DNA from: the human T2T-CHM13v2.0 reference genome, Homo sapiens | Length of the DNA: 64,000 bases | Strand: one strand, 5' to 3' | Assembly (NCBI RefSeq): GCF_009914755.1 | Contig: NC_060937.1 | In this document: positions 1 to 13,516 of the stretch, piece by piece | Position numbering within the stretch: the first letter of the stretch is position 1 | Layout of the letters: the number at the start of each line of letters is the position of its first letter | Made by a program: the position numbers and the translations under genes | The notes under the pieces: model-generated | Database searches by the model: none | Seen by the model: only the letters and a program-made list of their open reading frames with translations | What the model was told of the DNA's origin: nothing

Positions 1-29
1 AGTTCCTAAAAGAGTCATGCTAATATATA

Positions 30-420
30 GATCCATCAGTAGTGTATGAGCGTTTTAGTAGTTGCATATTTTTGTCAATACTTTGCAGGATCAGTTTTGT
101 TTTAATTTAAGCCATTTTGAAGAATGTGTTGTAGTATTCCATTGTGGTTTTAATTTAGTTTCCCTGGTGACCAATGATTCTGAGATCATTTTCATATTTA
201 TTGGCCATTTCAATAGTTTCTTTGTGAAACATCAATTCAAGTTTCTTGCCCAACTGTCTATTGGATTGTTTAAATATTTCTTACTAATTAGTATGAGTTA
301 TTTCTATGCTCAGAATTGTAGTCTTGTTATTGAAATGTATAATACAATTATGTGTTAAAACTGTATGCCTTGCTGTTTCTCTTTCTTAATAGTAGCTTTT
401 TGATTAAAAAATATGTAATG
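30..420 (-). mobile_element. Old LINE-1 (L1M-type) ORF2 3' fragment
   Basis: Antisense L1 motif 'cattgtggttttaatttagtttccctggtgaccaatgattctgagatcattttcatatttattggccatt'; highly diverged, boundaries approximate. Confidence 0.7.
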
Positions 421-1960
421 TACTATTACAGTGACAGTACAGGTATGGAGCCAGCTGACTTTAATTTTCTTTTTGTTTATATATTATTTTTTCTACAATG
501 AACATATAAAACTTGTAAAATAGAAAATACATACAAGTAAAATTTGCAGCATATGAAAAGTGCATACTTTGATTTTATTTTTAATTTTAATTTTAATTTT
601 AGGTTCAGGGGTACATGTGCAGGTTTGTTATATAGGTAAATTCATGTTATGGGAGTTTGATGTACAGATTGTTTCATCACCCAGGTACTACGCATAGTAC
701 CTGATAGGCACTTGTTCTGTTCCTCTCCTTCCTCCCTCCCTTTACCCTCAAGTAGGCCCTTGTGTCTGTTGTTCCCCTCCTTGTGTCCGTGTGTTCTCGT
801 TATTTTGCTCCCACTTATACGTGAGAACATGCAGTATTTGGTTTTCTGTTCCTGCGTTGGTTTGCTAAGGATAATAGTCTCCAGCTCCATCTACGTTGCT
901 TCAAAGGACATGATCTTGTTCTTTTTTATGGCTTCATAGTATTCCATACTGTATTTACCACATTTTATTTATCCAGTCTACCATTTATGGGCATTTAAGC
1001 TAATTCCATGTCCTTGCTATTGTGAATAGTGCTGAAACGAACATACATGTGTGTGTCCTTATGGTAGAAAGATATTTATATTCCTTTAAGTATATACCTA
1101 ATAATGGGATTGCTGAGTTGAATGGTAATTCTGTTATAAGTTCTTTGAGGAATTGCCATACTGCTTTCCACACTGGCTGAACTAATTTACACTCCCACCA
1201 GCAGTGTATAAGTGTTCCCTTTTCTCTGCATCCTTGCCAGCATCTGCTATTTATTTATTTAGTAATAGCTGTTTGGACTGGTGTGAGATGATATCTCATT
1301 GGGGTTTCGATTTGCATTTCTCTAATGATTAGTGTCATTGAGCATTTTTTCGTATGCTTGTTGGCTGCATGTATGTCTTCTTTTGAGAAGTGTCTGTTCA
1401 TGTCCTTTGCACACTTTTTAAAGGGGTTGTTTTTGTTCTTGTAAATTTGTTTAAGTTCTTTATAGATTCTAGATATTAATTAGACCTTTGCCAGAAGAAC
1501 AGTTTGTAAATATTTTCTCTCATTCTGTAGATTGTCTGTTTACTCTGTTGATAGTTTCTTTTACTGTGAACAAAATCCCATTTGTCAACATTTGCTTTTG
1601 TTGCAATTGCTTTTGGCATCTTTGTCATGAAATCTTTGCACATTCCTATGTCCAGAATGATATTTCATAGGTTATCTTCCAGAATTTTTATAGCTTTAGG
1701 CTTTTCATTTAAATCTTTAATTCATCTTGAGTTGACTTTTGATTATGGTGTAAGGAAGGGGTCCAGTTTTAATCTTCCATATATGACTAACATGTTATCC
1801 CAACACCACTTATTGAATAGGAAGTCCTTTTCCCATTGCTTGTTTTTGTCCCCTTTGTCAAAAATCAAACGGTTGTAGGTGCACAGCATTATTCCTGGGC
1901 TCTTTATTCTGTTCCATTGGTCTTCAAGTTTGTTTTAGTAGAAATATCATGCTGTTTTGG

Positions 1961-2731
1961 TTACTGTAGCCCTGTAGTATAGTTTGAAGTTGGTAACGTA
2001 ATGCCTCCAGCTTTGCTCTTTTTGCTTAGAAATGCCTTGGCTATATAGGTTCTTTTTTGGTTCCTTATAAATTTTAAAATGGTTTTTTTTCTAGTTATGT
2101 GAAGAATGAATGCTCTTGGTAGATTAATAGGAATTGCATTGAATCTGTAAATTGTTTGGGGCAGTTTTGCCATTTTAATGGTATTGATTCTTCCTATTCA
2201 TGAGCATGGAATGTTTTTCCATTTGTTTGTGTCATCTTTGATTTCTTTGAGCAGTGTTTTGTCATTTTCAATGCAGAGATATTTCACCTCCCTGGTTAGC
2301 TGTATTCCTAGATATTTTATTGTTTTCGTAGCAATTGTGAATGAGACTGCATTCTTGCTTTGGGTCTCAGTTCAGATGTTGTTAGTGTATTCTGAAACTG
2401 CTGAAGTTTATCAGCTGAAGGAGCATTTGGACAGAGGTAATGGGGTTTTCTAGATATAGAATCATGTCACCTGTAAACAGGGATAGTTTGACTTCCTCTC
2501 TTTCTATTTAGATGCCTTTTATTTCTTTCCCTTTCTGTGCCCGGGATGTCCAATAGTATGTTGAATAGGAGTGGTGAGAGAGGGCATCCTTGTTTTTTTG
2601 CTGGTTTTCAAGGCAAATGCTTCCAGCTTTTGCCCATTCAGTACCATGTTGGCTGTGTGTTTGTCATAGATAGCTCTAATTATTTTGAAGTATGTTCCTT
2701 CAGTGCTTAGTTTTTTGAGTGCTATTAACAT
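1961..2731 (-). pseudogene. L1 ORF2 reverse-transcriptase remnant, catalytically dead
   Basis: '[29 protein letters not shown]' and '[12 protein letters not shown]'; the FADD motif reads SLFTGDMI at ~2461-2483. Confidence 0.9.
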
Positions 2732-3751
2732 GAAGGGATGTTGAATTTTATTGAAAGACTCTTCTGCATCTACTGAGATAATTATTTAGTTTTTGTCTTT
2801 AGTTTTGTTTATGTGATGAATCACATTTATTGATTTGTGTATGATGAATCAACCTTCCATCCTAGGGATAGAGCCTACTTGATTGTGATGGATTAGCTTT
2901 TTGACGTGCTACTGGATTTAGTTTTCTAGTATTTTGTTCAGAATTTTTTGCATCTATGTTCGTCAAGGATATTGGCCAGAAGTAGTTGTTGTGTTTTTGT
3001 TGTCTCTGGCAGGTTTTGCTATCAGGATGTCACTGGCCTCATAGAATAGATTGGGAGGAGTCCCTCCTCCTCAACTTTTTGAAATAGTTTAAGTAGAAAT
3101 TGTACCAGCTCTTTTTTGTACATCTGGTAAAATTCAGCTAAGAATCTGTCTTGTCCTGCTCATTTTTTGTTGGTAGGCTATTTATTACTGATTCAATTTT
3201 GGAGCTCATTTTTGTTCTGTTCAGGGATTAAATTTCTTCCTGGTTCAGTCTTGGTGGAATGTATAGGTCCAGGAATTATTCATTTCTTCTGGCTTTTCTG
3301 TGTATAGAGGTGTTCATTGTTGTCTCTGAGGGTTATTTGTATTTTTGTGGGGTCAGTGGTAATATTCCCTTTGCCACTTCTAATTGTGTTTATTTGAATC
3401 TTCTCTCTTTTTTCGACTTAAAAGACCTTCTTGATTTCTGCCTTAATTTCATTATTTACCCAAAAGTTATTCAAGAGCAGGTTGTTTAATTTTCATGTGA
3501 TTGTATGATTTTGAGCAACTACCTCAGTATTAAATTTTATTTTTATTCCACTGTAGTCAAGTGTGGTTGGTATGATTTCAGTTTTTTATTTGCCCAACGT
3601 TGTTTTATATTTGATGGTGTGGTTGATTTTACAGTATGTATCATGTAACAATGAGAATAATGTATATTCTCTTGTTTTTGAATGGCAAGTTCTGTAGAAG
3701 TCTATTACATCCATATGCTCCATTGCTGAGTTCAGGTCTTGAATATCTTTG

Positions 3752-4126
3752 TTAATTTTCTGTCTTGATGATCTGTCTAATACTATCAGTGGGGGTGCTG
3801 AAGTCTCCCCCTATTATTGTGTGGGAATCTAAGTCTCTGTTTAGGTCTCTAAGAACTTGATTTAGGAATATGGGTGCTCCTGTGTTGGGTGCATATATAT
3901 TCAAGATAGTTAGATCTTCTTGATGAATTGAACCCTCTATCATTAGGTAATTACCTTTGTCTCTTTTTATCTGTTGGTTTAGTCTGTTTTGTCTAAAATT
4001 AGGATTGCAACCCTGCTTTCTTTTTTCTATGCTCTCCATTTGCTTGTAGATGTTTGTCCATCCCTTTGTTTTGAGCCTATGGGTGTCACTGCGTGTGACA
4101 TGTTTGTCTTGAAGACAGCATACCAT
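3752..4126 (-). pseudogene. L1 ORF2 endonuclease-domain remnant
   Basis: Translation CCLQ..DTHRLKTKGW..GSIHQEDLTILNIYAPNTGAP..LRDLNRDLDSHTIIGGDFSTP matches the L1 APE-like endonuclease; frameshifted. Confidence 0.92.
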
Positions 4127-4424
4127 TGGATGTTGCTTCTTTATTCAGCTTGCCACTCCATACCTTTTAATTGGAGGCATTTAGCCCATTTACACTCAAA
4201 GTTAATATTGACAAGTGCAAATTTGTTCTGCCATCATGATATGAAGTGGTTATTACGCAGATTTGGTTGTGTGGTTACTTTATAGTGTCACTGGTCTGTG
4301 TCCTTGAGTGTATTTTTGTAGTGGCTGGTAATGGTCTATCCTTTCCATATTTAATGCTCCTTTCAGGAACTCTTGTAAGGCAGGTCTTGTAGTAACAAAT
4401 TCCCTCAGCTGAAAAATGAATATT

Positions 4425-5330
4425 AAAAAAATGTGATACTTACTCTATACCGAATGTCCAAAATTCAGTACACTGACAACATCAAATGCTGGCAAGGATT
4501 TAGAACAAAAGGAACTTTCATTCATTGATGGTGGGAATTCAACATGGTATAGCTATTTTGGAAGACAATTTAGCAGATTTTTACAAAGATAAAGATATTC
4601 TTACTATGTGATCCAGAAATCACTCTAGCTGATATTTACTCAAAGGAATTGAAAACATGTTTACACAAAATCCTGCACATAATTGGTTATAACAACTTTA
4701 TTCATAATTGCTAAAACGTGGAAGCAACCAAGATGCTCTGAAGTGGGTGAATAAATAAATAAACTGTGGTACATCTAGATAATAGAATATTATTTAGCAC
4801 TAAAATTCTGGCTATTAAACCATAAAAAAATAGAGGAAATTTAAACGCATATTATTAAGTGAAAGAAGCCAATTTGAAAATATTACATTCTATAGGTTTC
4901 CAAATATATAACAATTTGGGGAAGTGGAAACTATGGAGACAGTAAAAAGATGAATTGTTTTCAGAGGTTGAGGAGAGGGAGGAATGAATAGGTGAAGCCC
5001 TGAGGATTTTTAGGGCAGTGAAAGTAATCAAACTACTCTATATGATACCATAATGGTGGATCTGTGTAATTATAAATTTGCCCATTAACATAGAATGTAC
5101 AACATCAATAAACTATAGAGAAATGTAAACTATAGATTCTGGGTAAGAAACTGGATTCTGGGTAAGAACAATATATCAATGTAGGTTCAGCCACTTTAAA
5201 AAATGTACCACTCTGGTGTGAGATATTGTAAGTGAAGAGTCATGCATATGTAGGGGAAAATCTCTCTTCATTCAATTTTTATGTTAACCTAAAAGTGATT
5301 TAAATAATAACATCTATTAAAAATAAATAT
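4425..5330 (+). mobile_element. LINE-1 L1MC-type 3' end
   Basis: 'caaatgctggcaaggatttagaacaaaaggaactttcattcattgatggtgggaa...gaagcaaccaagatg...actctggtgtgagatattg...aacctaaaagtg' followed by an A-rich end. Confidence 0.85.
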
Positions 5331-6559
5331 TTTCATTGTGTGAAACAGTTGACCTATGTTGGGCATAAGTGATCAGCTCTGGCCTCATTTAAGAATGTGT
5401 CTAAGTAGCTAATACAGAAAATACGGTTGTTCTGAAGGACATTGACACAAATATAAACTCCTGTATTTGTCGTTAAGGAAAGCTGACCTATTTAAGAATC
5501 TATTTAAATTGCAGTAATGTTCCAAACATCTTATCTAATGGTGCCATGTGATAGAAACTGTCATTATGAAGCTTATTTTCTAATAGATAAAGCTTAATGA
5601 GGACCATCTGTCCCTGAAAACAGTTACAGCTTTATGCCAGTCAACAGGTAAGACCACCCTTCTGTTGTTTTTGTGATGTTCTTAATTTCTTATGCAGACC
5701 AAAGAACTAACCATTTTCATTATTATTTTGATGTTTTAATATACTTACGTTTTTAGTACAACTGCTTTCTAAATATGAGAAAAGGGGGCATGCCAACCAG
5801 GAAGCAGATAATATATAAGATTTAAAGAAAATATCTTGAATCATGAATTTTATTTTCAGTGACAATACAATATCAATTGTCATAATATTAGCTGATGGTT
5901 TCTTTTATTTGCAAGTGAAAAATGCCATAAACAGTTCTCATTTTCTCAGTTGAAAGTATTTTTATGGTTTTGGAAGATGTTCTATTATAACATAAAGATA
6001 TTTTTCTAAAGTAGACGTTTGGAAGAATAAAATTTAAATTTTTACCAATATGAAGCAGATGTTGTAGTGAATGAATAGACATATTTCTTCATCACTACCC
6101 TTGAATGATTATGTTATATCAATCAACAGTATATTGAGCCTACAGGATAAACTTCATGTGTTGTAGAAAAGAGAGATGGAAGGTTTTATTACTTCTATGC
6201 ATGACACAATTCAAAATAAATATAAAAGTAAATTATGTATTATTTCTGTTGTGTTTGCCTTTATATTTTCAGAATTATTTACTGGGTATCTACTGTATTT
6301 CAGGCACTCTGCTACCCATCGGGACATATTATCCAGATATCTCCTAAGCTATTGAATGCAATTATTCAATTATATGAATTGTAATTTTATGATTTTGTAC
6401 GTACACCCAACCTCTTTGATTTGACATGTGAATAGTAGTCTAGAATATATTATTTCATTTTTGTCCTAGATTATTAACTTAGATTTTCTAAGGTATCATG
6501 TTTCACTGATTATACTTAATCTCTTCTGTAAGTTTAGTCTCCGTGTATGACTCCTCTTA

Positions 6560-7166
6560 TACACTGTTTCAGATCCTCTAGGTCTCAGCCATCTCCAGGC
6601 TTTTTGCCCTTTTGTTCCAAGCCAAGTGCATATCATGTTAATCAATTCTGTGTGAATTCTCATCAACCTCTATGGGTACAACCATTCTTGAGAAGGTACA
6701 TGTCTTACATCATGCCCAGGACTTCCTACTGATGCTAAAGCTTTGGTTATCAGAGGTACCATTTGTGCACTACCTAGAAGTCCAATATATGGGGTGAACT
6801 TTTAACCAATGATACCAGTAGGACACTTGCTTTCTTTGCTTGGGAGATATACGTCTTAGGTGATATCTGGAACTGCACTGGCATTTGTTTGCAATAGATA
6901 TCTGGAACTGCACTGGAGTTTACTTGCATAGTTCTCAGAAGGACTCCCTGAGATGCACTAGGTTGGACCCTTGAGTGTGAGCAACCAATCGTGCTTCATA
7001 TTAAGCAGTAGTCAGCTCAACAATGGATACTTTATTGATTTTTCTTCCTCCTCTGGTTCACTTCCCTTTTCTCTCCTCTTGCTTCCCTGGTACTTTACTC
7101 CCTAGTAGAGTAATGGCATATTACTTTTGCCTCAGGGTCTACTTTCTAGGAAACCCAGGTATAGAT
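6560..7166 (+). mobile_element. Old ERVL-class LTR (LTR16/LTR33-like)
   Basis: 3' terminus 'ttgcctcagggtctactttctaggaaacccaggtataga' resembles the LTR16/33 end; GC-richer block; 5' boundary approximate. Confidence 0.55.
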
Positions 7167-7509
7167 TTTCTTTCTTTCTGCAGATTCTGGCAAACAGATT
7201 TAAATATCTGGAATCTAATAAATTCCTCCTCTGTTCTTTGCCTCATGTAACCATCACCACAGACCGAATTACCATGAAGCCATTAAGTTCAGTCCTTTCA
7301 CATACACAGGCCCCTTACAAAGCCTCCTGCTTAATTTTATATTTGAATGTCTATGTTTTGTTAAAATACATCCATATCCAGCTGATCAATTGTATAACCT
7401 TAAGCCATGACAGAAACTGGCTCTCCACCCAGCTATCATACTGTCACGTGACTTTTCACACATTCCAGCTTCTGGAAAATTATCTGTCTGTATCCTATGT
7501 AGGTTGTTA

Positions 7510-9240
7510 ATGTCCTCAGTGTCACAGGCTTTGGGGTCCTACTAGTCTCATTTTCCTCACAATGGGGAGACTTCATGGAGATGTAGGTCTGACAACACTT
7601 ACAAACTGCTGCAGCAACACTTGGTTCCAGGGGCAGGTGCTCAGAGCAATGTAGGGCCAGAGTTTCAGACTCAGAGTTTCACAAACCTATTGTGGCACCT
7701 AGGACTTAGGGTGCAGATGCACTCTCTGTTTCAGGATTGGATGTAGGTTGCCCAGAGAGTCAGAATCTGTGACTCTGAGGCAACTCCAAGAAGCTTGAAC
7801 CCAGGGGCCTGAGTTGTAGCTGTGATTCTACTCCTGGGTGGCAGGGTACAGCGTTGGCCCAAATCCAGGGAAGAGGAGGTGCTCTGCAGGTTTGGGCACA
7901 GGGTAGAAGACATGGCTGTAATTCAGGAAACAGAGCTGATAGGGCTCAGTGGCAACTTGGGTCCCATGAAATGAGAGTCCATGTAGTCATGACTCTAGAC
8001 CCTGCATTGGTTGGACTCAGCAGTGTCCTAGACTCTGTAATGCCAGATGTTACAGCAGGTAGTACCCCAGACTGTCAGAAGACAGCTGTTCTTTGAGCCT
8101 TTGGGGGCAGAGAACAGCACAGCCATTATTCTACTTCCAAGGAAAGCCTGTCTCAACAGCTCAGAATTTAGGGGGCTAGTCCAGATCCAGGAAAGCAGGA
8201 TAATAGAGTTGTTTGGCTGTGGAGTGGAGTGTCTCAGCTCAGCTACTGTGGAGTTTCCCTCGACAGAGGATACCACATCAGCTCAGCCCTGGGATGTGCA
8301 GCTGCTCAGCTAGACTAGGGTACCAATTCCCCAGGCAATGTGCTGCTTCAGCTCAGATCTGGGGGGCATGGCTATTCTGGGTAGTCTAGGTGCCTTTTCC
8401 TTGGGATGCAAGACACTGCTTCAGCTTAGGTATTGGGTGTGTTACCACTCTGTGCGGCCAAGATGTGTTTCCTGAGATGCAGGACAGGGCTTCAACTTAG
8501 GCGTCAGGAGGCATGACTGCTATGAACAGACAAGGTACTGTTTTCCCAGGAGGCAGAGAACTGCTGCAGCTTTAGCCCGAGGAGGCAAGGGGAAGGGGTA
8601 GGAGAAACAGCTCCACCCATGTTTGGCCCCATGGGAATGGTGTAACAGCTTAGCCTGAGGATGTCGAGCCTCTGGGCTGGGGTACTTCAGCAGGGCTTAG
8701 AGTCGGGGCTGAAGGGGAGCCGTGGCTAATCAACCCCAGAGCAAGACACACTCCAGCGGTAGTTCTAGTTCCAAAATGGCATAGTGCGGTAGCAGCTCTG
8801 GCCACAGGGGTGGCAGGACACAGTGTTGGCTCCTTCCCTGGGGAGCACAGCTATGTGGACTCCAGGCAGCAACCTCAGCTGGGCTTAGTGTCTGTGAGGA
8901 CTGCAGGGGACCCCAGTGGAGAGACCTGTATTTGTCCAAGGTTTCAGTGGGGGCTGCTGGGACTCTTTTGCTCATCTCCTCACTATCGGTAGAAGGACCT
9001 TCTGGTTCCCAGCTAATCCTGGTTTGGGGGTGAGGTGGTGGAGGCCCAGTGTTTCCTTGCGTTCTTTATGTGGCCGTCCTGAGTTTCTGTGCTCACCAGG
9101 TTGTCTGTTACTCCTCTTATGCACTCCAGCACTTTATGTCGTTACTTTTTTTTTTTTTTAATGTAGGTTTTAAAATTGTCTTGGCTGTCTTTGTAAGGGT
9201 GATGAGGGCTCTGCACTTCTAGTCGGCCAATACTGGAAGT
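7510..9240 (-). mobile_element. GC-rich LINE-1 (L1M-type) 5'UTR fragment
   Basis: The minus strand begins 'acttccagtattggccgactagaagtg', a degenerate L1 start (caagatggccgactag, YY1 site); GC-rich with internal ~70-bp degenerate repeats. Confidence 0.6.
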
Positions 9241-12200
9241 AATGTCTCAAATATTAACCTTGTTTCTTCTTTCCCTCTCACAAACAGTTGACTATAACAT
9301 TTATTCTTATCTGCAAGGAAGAGAACAGTAAGTCTATTCAGTTACTGAATAAGACTCAAGATTAGAGTTGGAGTTTATTCTTCTCATTTCTATGGAGCTA
9401 CTACATTCATATGCTGAAACTTGTGAATAAAATGATAAATGCAACAACCACCAAATAACCTACAGACCTGATAGATAAATGAAGAAAAAAGCTACAAATA
9501 CAAATAAGATATATCATTCAATAAGCCGAGAAATACTGGGAGAAACTATGGTTATATTTTCCTCTGATAGTCATCAGTGCAGAGCTAGTGTTTATAGTCC
9601 ATTCCTCTGCCATACATATTCCTACATCTTTAAGATTTGGTCATATCTAATATATCATTAGTATATTTCTTTTCCAAGTAGGGTGACATCAAACTTTTAA
9701 TTCTTGTCATCAGAGTCTTTTGGACTCATTTTAATTTTGTATATTTTTATTGGAGCAATCCTAATGAGTTATAAGAATTGATATATTGTGGCTTTTATAA
9801 TTTATTAAAAGTCTTCCAAAAAAAAGAAGAAATTCAAAATAGTTTTCAATTTTATCATCCTAGAACTTATCTCAGTATCACTTACCAGTTATTTATCCAT
9901 GCTAAAAGTGACTGAAATAATAAGAAAGTATACAAAGAATGGAATCAGCAGAAGGATCATACAGAAGCAAAATAAAGCATTACAATCTTTAAAACTTTTT
10001 TATTTTATTAAACTATTAAAATTCAGATTTTTAATTTTTCTGCTCATAACATCAATGAGAAAAAGCATGATGAAAGGAGAAATTTCATAATCATTAGATG
10101 AGTGCAAAGAGACCCATAGAAGTGCCCAGATTCTAATAATGATGGTGATATTAATTATATTTTACTAGTCTTCATATAATGCTATCTTAAAATAATTTTC
10201 TCAAATGGGTAAAAGGCTGAGGGTTTTTTCTTTCTTCTAAGTCATTTTTCCTGAGAAATAAGAATGGGGAATAATGGGAGAAAAGTTTTGAGTATGATGT
10301 GGAATATTTTAAATATCCATTGCAATGATTCGAGAGGAGGATAAGCCAAAAACACACAGGAGTTTTCAGTTGTGATCAGTGATTATAAAATCATTGCTAT
10401 ACTTCTTACCCTTTCATATGCCTTTTACCCCCACAAAAATACTATTACACTGAATGGTTTTACGATTTTTTTTTTTTTTTTAATGCTGAAGCTCTAGGGT
10501 GGAGAAAAACCCAGTCAAGTCTCCCTTTCCCACTCCTCCTTTCTATCTTGTCACTAGAGGGGAAAGAGGCATTTGTCTTGTTTCTAGGAAGAAAAACTTG
10601 TTTAATTCCAATATGAAAGTGTGCTTCTAGATTTAAAAGATTTCTCAACCCATGAAAAACAGCTAATTGTGAAATAGCATTGTTTGTGCTCTTGCGATAC
10701 AGAAAACTATGTTTGTTAAACATGGAGGATATAGCTTTCCCTTTCTCTGCTGAGAAGAATATGAGGAATTAGGATGCATCTATTTCTTAAATTATTAATT
10801 TCTTTCCATGTCTTATAATTTTTGATATCTAGAAATGAAATGTGGTGATCTTATCTATAGACTGTACTTCATGTCCTAATATAACTATTAATAGAGTTCA
10901 CTCTCATTATCAAAAGATATATAGTTTAATCAAAAAATTATATAGTCGTCCTAATGTTAAAATGCTAGAATTTTCTAAAATGCTCATAGAAGTGCTAGTC
11001 TATCACCAGACAGACTATCCTTATGATCACTTTAAGTAAAGTAAATGTAAATCAGGCAAACTATTATGCTTATACAATCAGGATTACTGATACCTTCCTT
11101 GAGAAGTAGTATAATTACTTTCTTTTGTTCAGATATTTCTACACTTGGTTGTAATAAAGAGCTAAAGATATTTATTGTCTAAGTTGAGAGCAGCTGAATG
11201 GATTAAATTAGATAATTACCAGCTGTTACTCACTTCAGAAATTGGCTGGAACTCAGAAAAGAGCCACTTACAAGGCCTGAGAGAGTTGCGATGACATGGT
11301 TTGATACCCAGGTGTCACAGAGTTGCAAGAAAAGCGAGGTTTATCAAGTTAAGGAATTGGAATCTTAGAATAATATCCAACTTTTATGAAGTTTTGCAAA
11401 CCCCATCCCTAATCTTAATACTCAGAATCATGAGATTTGGAGAACAATCATGATTTTGTGGGTTTAATTGTTGTTTGTAAATTGGATAGCCGGCCTTCCC
11501 AATCTTTGTATAGACTTAAATATATATCTATTCAAACACTCCATTAAAGACTTACATGATGGTTCCAAACTTCTGCTGCTGATAATATTTTCGTATTTCT
11601 GCCACTTATATTTCTGTATTTCTACCACTGTTGATTATATTACTAGAAGTATTGGTTATTTCTTAGTACTACTGATTACAGAGATATGGGCAATTTGAAT
11701 TTTTCCCATATAATTAGTTTATTCCTTTGATTTTTTTTCACTGTGATTTTTTTTTGCTGTCTTCACTTGTATAATGTGACATTTGTTGACTTTTTTTGAG
11801 ATGTAAGTGAATATATTGCTATTGATAAGGAAATGCTCAAGTGGTTCCATTTATAATGTAAATAAGTTGTCTGTAATAAAGGATTTTTGGTTGATCACCA
11901 TGACTTATTAAAACAGTACACCACATATACCTATACTGAAAAACTGTGATTTATAAATATGATATATTTTGAAAGAAAGTTTTAAACTCTACCATTCCAG
12001 TATGCTTTAAATGGTGACTTTGTTCTCATTACGCGATAAAACAAATGTTCCAAGTGTAGAAGGCAGTACTATGTCACTCATATGTTCCCTCTGTTTAGTC
12101 TAGACCTGAAATTAATAAAGGCTTTAAATGTGGGAGATTTCAAAGAGTTCTTTTTAACTTTACAAATTGTGTTCTGTTTTCCAGAACCACAATTATTTGA

Positions 12201-13089
12201 TTAAAATGACTTCAATTTAAGTATGTATCAGGGCCAAATAATAAAATGTGAGATTTTGTCATTTACAAATGAAGACTTGACACAATGGTTTTTTTGTTCA
12301 CTGGGACATCCATAAGCTGTTAAATAATAGGATCAGTTCTTCTCCTTTTAAAGGGCATGAAAGTTCAACTTTATGTGATGATCAGCTTCACATTTTTCTG
12401 TAGTGTCTTGATTTTCCTAAGTAAGTCACATTATTTCTCATATAACATCTCTTCATATAAAGGCATAATAGTCTATACATTAGTACCAATTAATAGAGAA
12501 AAGAATTTAGAGTAAACTAGTAAAGCATAGACTATGTCCAGGATAGTTGAGTTAGTACAACTCTCCTAAGGTTCTCTTACAATAAAAGCATTTTTATTTA
12601 TATTGAGCCCCGCATGTTATTTCTTCAGGATAGCATATCATCTGGGCTTTGGTACCAATGTAGCTACATATATTAAATCATTAAAAAAATGCTATGATGA
12701 GCGATTGCAATGCCAACATGCAAAATATAAACTAGATCTCTCCTTCCACATTTGTTTTACAGAGCAAACTGTCTCTCCTAAAACAAAAGCCATAAACCAG
12801 GGCACATTAAGGTGTGTCTCTAATTGTTGCTCCCCCTTTAGCTCTTCAAGGGGAGATAAACACAATTTGTAATGTTATAAAGAAGCGATTTATGGATTAT
12901 ATGTTAGGAATCTAATATGATATAATCCAAAGCTTCTCATGATTCAATAAAAACTTATCTGTTCTAAGCAATCATTTCACAATATGTCCTCCTCCATTCA
13001 GACTTGTGCTTTGCATGCCAAGCATGTTGACTCAGGTGTTTGTTGATCATATACACTTCTTTACATTTTATTTTTATTCACAGTCCAGC

Positions 13090-13516
13090 CAGCATTGTAC
13101 TTCTGCCACAAGGCATCCGTTCCTGACCATGCAGGTCTCATTACCCTGGCTGTATTCTCCACTTTTTGCCAGTATGTTCATGAAACTCTTCTCAATTACC
13201 CTGCCTTCAAGAACCTCAGGAAGTAGCCACATAATCTTAGAATTAATCTTAAAAAATTCACACATAATTTTAATCATAGGACAAAGAGATTATATTTTTA
13301 ACATGATAATCCCCTTCCACTATTCTTAATTTTTACTTTTCTCCATAATGCTTAACATCAACCACCACATAATATATGTATTTGTTTACTCTCCTTCCCC
13401 TTCTACTAGAATATGAACTCCATAAATGAGAAGACTTTTATTTATTGCTGCTTCCCTTGAGCCTATCACGGTGCCTGAAACAACTCCATAAACATTCGCT
13501 GATTTATTGAGTGAAG
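13090..13516 (+). mobile_element. L2 3' end
   Basis: 'ctactagaatatgaactccat...gagcctatcacggtgcctgaaac...ataaacattcgctgatttattgagtgaa'. Confidence 0.75.

Larger units (their letters stand above)
572..4410 (-). mobile_element. 5'-truncated, internally deleted LINE-1 (L1PA13-16-like): 3'UTR, ORF2 and end of ORF1
   Basis: T-rich tail, then 'ggttcaggggtacatgtgcaggtttgttatataggtaaa' (antisense L1PA 3' end); ORF2 remnants on the minus strand; ends in ORF1-like 'gcaggtcttgtagtaacaaattccctcagc'. Confidence 0.93.

Noticed and set aside
7510-9240. Possible CpG-island promoter or coding region
   Set aside because: GC-rich but CpG-depleted; its terminus resembles an L1 5' start and the ORFs are inconsistent
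572-9240. One full-length L1 formed from the 572-4410 body and the 7510-9240 5'UTR
   Set aside because: They are separated by older elements (L1MC, ERVL-like LTR) and unique DNA that are unlikely to have inserted into a younger L1PA; no shared TSD seen
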